Part shown: positions 56,390 through 64,000 of the stretch, piece after piece
Layout: each line of letters opens with the position of its first letter
Numbering within the stretch: the first letter of the stretch is position 1
NCBI RefSeq assembly: GCF_963676685.1
Contig: NC_092357.1
Location: 14,446,001 to 14,510,000, forward strand
DNA: 64,000 nt
Origin: Mytilus edulis
Lineage: Eukaryota
Direction: 5' to 3'
Notes under the pieces: generated by a model
Seen by the model: the letters and a program-made list of their open reading frames with translations, nothing else
Told to the model about the DNA's origin: nothing
The model's database searches: none
Made by a program: the position numbers and the translations under genes

Positions 56390-56474
56390 AACAAGATTTT
56401 ATTTTTTACGAAATTGTTTTTACTTTACAGCAACAAGATTTTATTTTTTACGAAATGTTTTTACTTTACAGCAA
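56390..56474. repeat. ~43-bp direct tandem duplication
   Basis: caacaagattttattttttacgaaat(t)gtttttactttacagcaa x2. Confidence 0.85.
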
Positions 56475-56675
56475 TCAATATAGAGTACTTGCCGCACTCA
56501 TAAAGATTGTCATGCATTTCAAACAGTGACGTCATTTCCGCTGTTCTGAATATCAAATTTACATTTGTTTTATTTCTCTTTAATCATTATAAAATACTTT
56601 GATATTTTATCTCAGTATACAATATGTTAAAATAAAGAACGGACTTTAATCTGTGGTTTCAAATTTTTTACAATG

Positions 56676-56901
56676 AGGGCCCTCATGGGGTTTTTGATTA
56701 TGTGATTACTTGGCCGTTTTTTTAATGATTATTTGATTATTAAGCCAAATATTTCATGATTATTTGATTACCTAGGACTGTATTTTTAGTTTATGATTAT
56801 TTGATTACTAAAGATAAATAAATATTTAATGATTATGTGATTATATTGGCAAAAAAATGGTGATTATGTGATTACTAGGACCCCCCCCCATGAGGGGCCT
56901 C
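56676..56901. mobile_element. Small TIR element with GATTA-type tandem interior and 17-bp flanking direct repeat
   Basis: Termini (g)agggccctcatgggg / ccccatgaggggcctc. tcaaattttttacaatg at 56659-56675 and 56902-56918. Interior tgattatttgatta repeats. Confidence 0.85.
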
Positions 56902-57221
56902 TCAAATTTTTTACAATGTTTGCTTAGAATCTTTTTGTAAAAGTTCTGAAATAGCAAAGCAAAGAAATGAAACGAGACACGGTTTGTGATATTCTATAGG
57001 AAACAGCGTATTTCAGAAATCTACTTTAAATTTCAAATGCAACATTCAGATATATAAAGTTGATATTATGCAGTTCTTTTATTTCAAATTTAATGGCGAT
57101 ATCGGATTTCAAAATCTAAATATCGCATTTGAAATTGTATTACAATGACGCAAATAAGATTTAAACGTTTATGTCGTACCTTTTATGGATTACTAAATCA
57201 ATTGTATCATATATAGAAATA

Positions 57222-57545
57222 AAAAGATGCGGTATGAGAGTCAATGAAACAACTCACCATCCAAGTCGCAATGCATAAAAGTTAACAATATTATAGTTAA
57301 TTATAGGTCAAAGTACGATCTTTAACACGGAAACTTGACTCACACCGAACAGCAAGCTCTAAAGGGCCCAAAAATAACTAGTTTAAAAAAAATCAAACAG
57401 GAAAGATCAACGGTCTAATCTATATAAACAAAATCGAGAAACACTTATGAACCAAATCAACAAATGACTGAGGAACAGGCTCCTGACTATGTGGAGCGGG
57501 TTTTAACGTTCTAACAGGTGTCAACCTTCACCCTAACCTGAAACA
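57222..57545 (+). repeat. Dispersed repeat family (agatgtggtatgattgccaatgagacaactctcca...)
   Basis: Related copies at about 180-495(+), 5040-5235(-), 7333-7432(-), 20480-20570(+) and 54690-54780(+). Confidence 0.75.
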
Positions 57546-59534
57546 ATAAAATGGCTTTAACAAGATAAAAAAAAAAGATATCTATATATATATGCTTTTA
57601 AGTAGAGAGTACAAAATCACGTTTAAAATGGAAATGTATACAGACAAGCAAGCAAGAAAAGGCATATGGTATATACTTATTTTAAACTGTAAGTTAAAGT
57701 CGATATTTGATTTGCATACCTGCCAACTGTCACTATTTGCGGGGGATTTCCCCAATGGAGGCTCTCAAATGGAAATTTTGAAAGAGCTATTTGGTCCACA
57801 ATTTTAAACAAAGCAATTAATTTGCAATGGCTATGGACTTGTTAAAGTATGAAGAAGCCAAAAAACAACATTAAAATATATTTTAAGGCCCTCTTGAAGG
57901 TTTTGTAGAATTATATCAGCCATCTGGCACGTAAAACCCCCATGAGCATTTTGAAAAATTGACAGGTATTGGTTATTTATGTCGACGGTGTTGCTGTCTC
58001 ATTGACCTATACCGACCTTTTGTTTTGTTGTTTATATTTAGACATGAGAAACTAACCTCTCGAAACCGGAACTGGCTTCAGGTGCTTTAAAGGGGGATAA
58101 GCAGATAAGGCTTCGCATCCGAAATCCATCGTATAAAGGTTGTAAAGTCATTTATTTACGTTAAAAGCTTTTTGCGAAGGATGGTTTACTTTATAAGTTA
58201 GTCTTAACTAAAAGTTTTCGTTTCTGAACTTTTTAATATTAGGGAAATGTTTCACTATTATTTTTCGCCGTTATTATCTATTCTTTATAGATAATACGTG
58301 CACCATCATTTTCCTTGGTGATAAGTTCGCCCAATTTTCTCTATTTCTTTATTTTTCAATATTTCAATATGTTTTATCTTTTCTGTAAACTTCATTCTCA
58401 CCCTCTAACTATGCTTTATAAATTAATGTCAAATAGGTATAAATACAGAAAGTTATTAATAGAGAACAGAAGCAGACGAGAATGGACAATAAAGGTGGAC
58501 AATCAGAACAAAAAAAAAAGATTATGTCAACTATCGAATTCTAAAAAAAAGATGAAGACAAAATTAAAAATTAAAAGAAATGACAAATGTGTATAGCTCT
58601 GTGCAAGAACGCGACTTTTTAAAAAAAAAACAATTACATTTCTATCCCCCATGGTATAAATCTCAACAAAATTAGTTCATATTATTCTAAATTTTTTTAT
58701 TTTGACAGTGCTGTCAACTAATATTATATCGGCTGACACAAAACTCGATATCATTTTGTTCTTGCCTGACATCACTAGATTAAACAAAAGTGATATGAGA
58801 CGTGTTTGAGTTATTAAACTATTAGTACAGTGTACCTTTTCAAGTTTCTCAGACCTCCTGACAAGGGTAATGAAATTTGGCAAAATTGCCAAGTGAACAT
58901 CAATTTGACTTCACAATTACAGTGATGCTGTAGACATAAGTGATCACCTTATAAGCCTCCTTGTGTTATAATTGCCATTACAAGAATCGGTCTGGTTCAA
59001 ACATTAAAAACTTGCATTGGCATTACGAAAGAGAAATTATTAGGGACTTTCCGGTTTGAATTTTCCTCGGAGTTCAGAATTTTTGTGATTTTACTTTTTA
59101 TACAGATTGCAGTGACCTGTTTTAAAAAATATAAAATGTAGCCTTCAAGAGTTCAGCCTTCTGTGCATGTGTCAAAATACGAGCTAGAATATCCTACCAA
59201 ACATCTAAAAAAAACTTTTTATATGTTGCAATCTACTAAAAATTGTTTTCCCATATATATTTTACTAACATATTCATTTTTCTGTTGGTAATTATTTACT
59301 ATTCATTTTTGGTGTGATCCCAACAGACCTTTCATGTAAATGAAGTGTAAAACTTGACAGCCATCTTTAGTCATGCGTGAACAAAAATAGAATCTTCATG
59401 TACAATTACGGATACGTTGTCATTGATTATTAAAAGTGGATTCTATTTCAATTAACCATATTAACTCCTGTCCTAAACGTGTAAACAAATCGATGATGAT
59501 TTTAATTATTTATGCAGATGTCCTTTTGGTAGTC

Positions 59535-59828
59535 AATGCAAGGACAACTTAAGCTTCAGAATAACATTGATTACACAACTTATTCATTGAAACGTTCTAT
59601 TATGGTTATGATAGCACCGACCATTTGTAGTTAAAAATGCAAGGACAACTTAAGCTTCAGAATAACATTGATTACACAACTTGGTCATTGAAAAGTTTTA
59701 TTATGGTTATGATAGCACTGACCATTTCTTGTAGTTAATGCAAGGACAACGTAAGCTTCAGATTAACATCGATTACACAACTTGGTCATTGAAACGCTTT
59801 ATTACGGTTATGATAGCAGCCGACCAAT
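59535..59828. repeat. ~100-bp tandem repeat, 3 copies
   Basis: aatgcaaggacaacttaagcttcagaataacattgattacacaact... x3. Confidence 0.9.
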
Positions 59829-61057
59829 GGTCGATAAAACAATGATCTTCCGACGCAGAACTATAAAGCGTTCCGTTTATTGTAAACGTCTGTTTACATT
59901 TTTTAATATCAATTTTTAACGATGCCTCGTAGACATATAAATCAATTAATATAATTTCTCTTTTGATAAGAGTTGTAAACATGAAAATTCAATATACAGA
60001 CCTTCGACGTCATTTTTTTTGGTTGTTTTTCAATTTCATTTAACATATCGTTTACATTAGTCATAAAAAGGAATACCGAGGGAAATAATTTGATAATTAA
60101 GTAAATGAAAGTTCAAATACAGTAGCATCAAATATAAGATAGACTTTACTTAGTACAAAAATGTTAAGCGTCAAAATATAGAGTTTTAACATGTTTATCC
60201 TCAGCATAACCATTAGTACTTTACAAATATTTACATGCAAAGAAAGCTTTCAAACTAAACACTGATTTAATAACAAAAGCCTGACTTTTAATTCTTCATT
60301 TTCAAATATTTTTTAAAACGTTTTATTTTAATAAAATGTATGCTCTAATTCGAATAATTCAGTCTCTCTCCGTGATCGACTATCTCACTCACAATGTATA
60401 ACCATGGAAGAGGGCAGCGTTATATAACAAATGCATTATTCATGTATATTTTTTTCATGATCTCAAACCATTGAAAACATACCCGCAACCATTCGAAAAA
60501 CAAAGAAATACAAGTTCGGATGAATCTTCTTTGCATCAATAATTTCGATATTCTCGGGACGTATTGATAGAATTAAACAACAATTAACATGACCTAATTC
60601 CAATCTTTTATGACGATTGCAACAATAATAAAATCTTCAGGACAGAAAAAAGGAAATTGTTCAGCGGATAAGACCAATAAAATCGACAAAGTTTTAATTA
60701 CTGTAAAGTACATCATTTTGTCTGGGACGAGATCGTTACTTCTTATGCAGCATTCGAGAAAAAAGTAAAATACCAAACATAACGAAAAATTCAAAACGGA
60801 AATTTCCTAAACTAATGGCAAAATCAAAAACTCAAACACATCAAACGAATGGATAACAACTGGCAAAGGAGAGTTTGGACGATATCACCTTTTCTATTAT
60901 CGGCGAATTTTTGCTTGTAAAATCATGCACAATGTTCAACATATGTATCGAAAATTCTAATGCTACTCTCAGATTGAAACAAAATTTCTAAAACATCGTA
61001 TTGTAATACTATCAAAAAATTAAATTAGAATATTTTCAAATGTAAGAACTGATTTTT

Positions 61058-61310
61058 GGAACGATGTTCATGTGTTTGGCTGTTTTGATTGGTCCAAATC
61101 ATCATTTACAAGGCATTATGGGAACGATGATGTTGGTTTTTTTTCGATTCTGATTGGTCCAAAGCATCATTTACAAGGCATTATGGGAACGATGATGGGT
61201 TATTTTTTTCCATTCTGATTGGTCCAAAGCAAAATTTACAAGGCATTATGGGAACAATGCTGGTTTTTAATCGTTTAAAATGATCCAAATCAGCATTTGC
61301 AAGGCAATGA
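61058..61310. repeat. ~64-bp tandem repeat, about 4 copies
   Basis: tgattggtccaaa.catcatttacaaggcattatgggaacgatg repeated. Confidence 0.88.
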
Positions 61311-62076
61311 TTGATGGAATAACGCTTGATTTGGCATTATTTCAAGGACTCAATACGATATAAGACCCTAGTATGTGCGATGACGCTGGGGAGGCAAACA
61401 TCAATCAATCATTTACAATGACGCTGGATTATCACAAAGTATGAGGACGCAAATATTTAGACTGGTCAGTTCTTCAATTTGTCGTCCAGCACATGTTGTG
61501 CCGTTAGATCTATAGCGGTGACGTATTTAAATTAACCAGTAAGAAAAGAGTGACAACGATAGATGTTTTAGGTTCAGTTTAAATGGCACATTGGCAGATA
61601 ATTACGTTAATCAAAAGACATTCTAACAGAAATCAATGAACAATGGCCAATAAATTGATGCCTCTGTTGATAATAAAAGGCTACCTTCAAAATAAAAAAT
61701 CTATTAACATTGTAACTTCAAAAGACAGAACAAAGGGTTTTTATTAAATCGGATAAAATTTCACTGGTTAATTAAAAAACACATCAAATGGTTATTAATA
61801 TTGTAACTAGAAGTTATGGTCAATATTTTGTAATGACATATATTAGTTGCTTTTGAATTTATGCATAAGAATCTATCAGGAAAACATCTGTAATTTCTTC
61901 TTCTTTTTTTATCTTTCAAAATTTAAAGAAAAATATGAAATATGCTAAACAAAATATATGTTTCACTTGATTCTTCGTGAATAACTTTTAGGAAGAAAAG
62001 GAAATATGGGGTATACGTCAGTGAGACAGCAACTGAACGACAAAGACAACTTAGTTTATCAGATATCGACTCTTAC

Positions 62077-62261
62077 CCGTCCGGTAAAAAGTAATCCATT
62101 AAAGGGGCTTGCAAATCGCCCATTGGTATTTCATGACCGGAAGGGTGGGAAGGATCTGACCCGCCACCACCTCCCGCTCCATCCTGGTGGCGACGCTCGT
62201 TGTGACGGTGATGGTGGTGGTGTCGACCCCCACCCCCTCCGCCTCCTTTTTTCCCAGGCAT
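62077..62261 (-). CDS. inx: Innexin alternative first exon 1a encoding a Gly/His-rich N-terminal extension
   Basis: GC-rich island. ATG at 62261 follows an in-frame TAA (62270-62268). Reads MPGKKGGGGGGGRHHHHHRHNERRHQDGAGGGGGSDPSHPSGHEIPMGDLQAPLMDYFLPD then GG|GTAAGA (donor at 62076, phase 2). GG+G(30196) = Gly, in frame with LDSVLG. Intron 31,880 bp; product 462 aa. Confidence 0.68.
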
Positions 62262-64000
62262 CACTATTTAGTATTAATCCAACTTCTAGACTTACATTTG
62301 TTATGGAGATTTCAGAATTTGTAGATCCAGGAAGTAATCCTAAATTCAAACATCCGAAAAGCTTCTCTAGAACTGAAAACCAGACTCTTGTCCCTAAATT
62401 TGTTTCACGTTTTCATAATACAGCTCTTAATCCTTTCTGAATGTTAAATTGTTTCTGTTACACTTTGAAACATAAATGCAAAATCTTTGAAAACAGTTCC
62501 AGTAAATTTGTGTTAAAACATTCATGACTTGCCTTCGTTGAGTGTTTGCCCATACAGATCAAAATGAGAAAGTGTCTTTATCCAGTAAAACACTTTCCAG
62601 ACGCCGTTCCTATTTCTCTAATAAAACTGGGTTACACTGTTTTTGTATAAGATATATGCCCAAGTTAATAGTTAAAAACAGATCCAGTACTAACAGTTAC
62701 TCTCAGAAAGACTTTCGGGTGAGGACATGTGCAAGACCTCAAGAAGAAGATCTTATATGGACGTCAAAAAATGCATAAATAATTGATACATTTATCATCA
62801 CCCAAGGGAGCGCTCATTTTATTCAATTATTCGTAACCCCTTGGTACATTTTACTAAAGAATATCTCCCCACTATGTATAAGAGATCAATTGGCGATGAT
62901 AAACAAAGAGTTATGAATTATATAATAAATCAGCAATAATTATTGTGCATATTAGGTGGAAATTTTCTTTATATTGTTTCAGTAAACGCCGACATCCCCG
63001 CGCGTATTCTTAAATGAGCACCTATAGAACCAGATTACTCTCTTAGGCAGGTTACATATTAATAACTGGTTAATTGTGACTAATGATAATTATTTTGTTT
63101 GTTTGATAAAAATGCAGATGTCCTCAAAGGGACACCGTCAGTGCAATTAGCCAAAATTTGCACATTCGGGAACTCTCTAGGGTTATTTCCTTCACAAATG
63201 TCGCGTTAATACGTGAATACATTCTCGTCATCAAATTACATGTACAAATCTAACGCACGAATATTTCGTCTCACGAAAACCAAAAGTGACCACTATGTCT
63301 CAACTTAGAATCTGCAACGGTAAGTTATCTTTTATTTAAGTTAAAAATACCTGTAAGATTGAAAGCCAAAAAATAAATCACAAAGCAGGAAATATATTTT
63401 TTTACAATTTTATAAAATGGCTGCATTAAACTGTTTTTGTAGACAGAAAAAGGGTTGAGAAGATATAATGTAAAAAGGTCTTTTTTTGTTTAATGTTTTA
63501 CAAACTCAATGTTTTCTAGTATCTGTCATTTTTTTTATACGCGTACCTTTTACATTTTATTTGGCCAATTGATAATGTTCAAATTCTTGTTTTTCAATCG
63601 CATACAACCAAGAACAAAAACATGTTGTTTAGTTCAATTTTACGTTCAACATTAATTTAGCAATATCAAGAAATTTACTGTTTTCAAAAGCAATTATGGC
63701 CAATTTGTTTTGTATTTTAGACAAAACTTGATTTTTTTTAAATATCCTTTCATGGCTGTAATGTATCTCTATTGACAACGTATTGTAAAATATAAATTCT
63801 ATTAATCAAATTAACATTCACTGAATTATAAATTTAGCATTACTCTAATTGTAATAAGCAAACCATATGTTACTATAAAGGGATCTAGGTCTCCGTAAAT
63901 TCCCACCAATTCAAAAATAACTTAAAATTAAAACCCTTACAGTCAAGATTATTAAAAAAAATTAACAGAAATAAAACGCTAACCTTTGCATTGGTTTAAA

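Noticed and set aside
62006-62440. 144-aa + strand ORF and the overlapping 72-aa minus ORF (62131..62349)
   Set aside because: Shadows of the GC-rich exon 1a. Only the Gly/His frame has an ATG plus a phase-compatible donor.

Overview
AT-rich, repeat-dense eukaryotic (invertebrate) DNA. The repeat families and the innexin sequence suggest a bivalve mollusc such as Mytilus (inference). Only one protein-coding gene is supported: a minus-strand innexin (gap-junction subunit). Almost all of its coding sequence is in one exon (30196..28993) that opens with a phase-2 acceptor (ttttag|G CTT GAC) and has no start codon of its own. Two phase-2-compatible upstream first exons are visible. One is a micro-coding exon at 53759..53755 (ATG AT|GTAAGT, giving MMLDSVLG..., 402 aa). 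The other is a GC-rich exon at 62261..62077 encoding a 62-aa poly-Gly/poly-His N-terminus (462 aa). Top finding: the stop is TGA-CTA, the classic leaky readthrough context, and the frame stays open for 53 more codons, ending in -ETEV*. Readthrough (or an in-frame 66-nt cryptic intron spanning the stop) would swap the C-terminal class I PDZ ligand -SNV for -ETEV. Together these would give a gap-junction protein with switchable N- and C-termini. The rest is intergenic/intronic: a young 5'-truncated CR1-group LINE, a decayed LINE, many MITEs and dispersed repeats, minisatellites and a template-switch hairpin.
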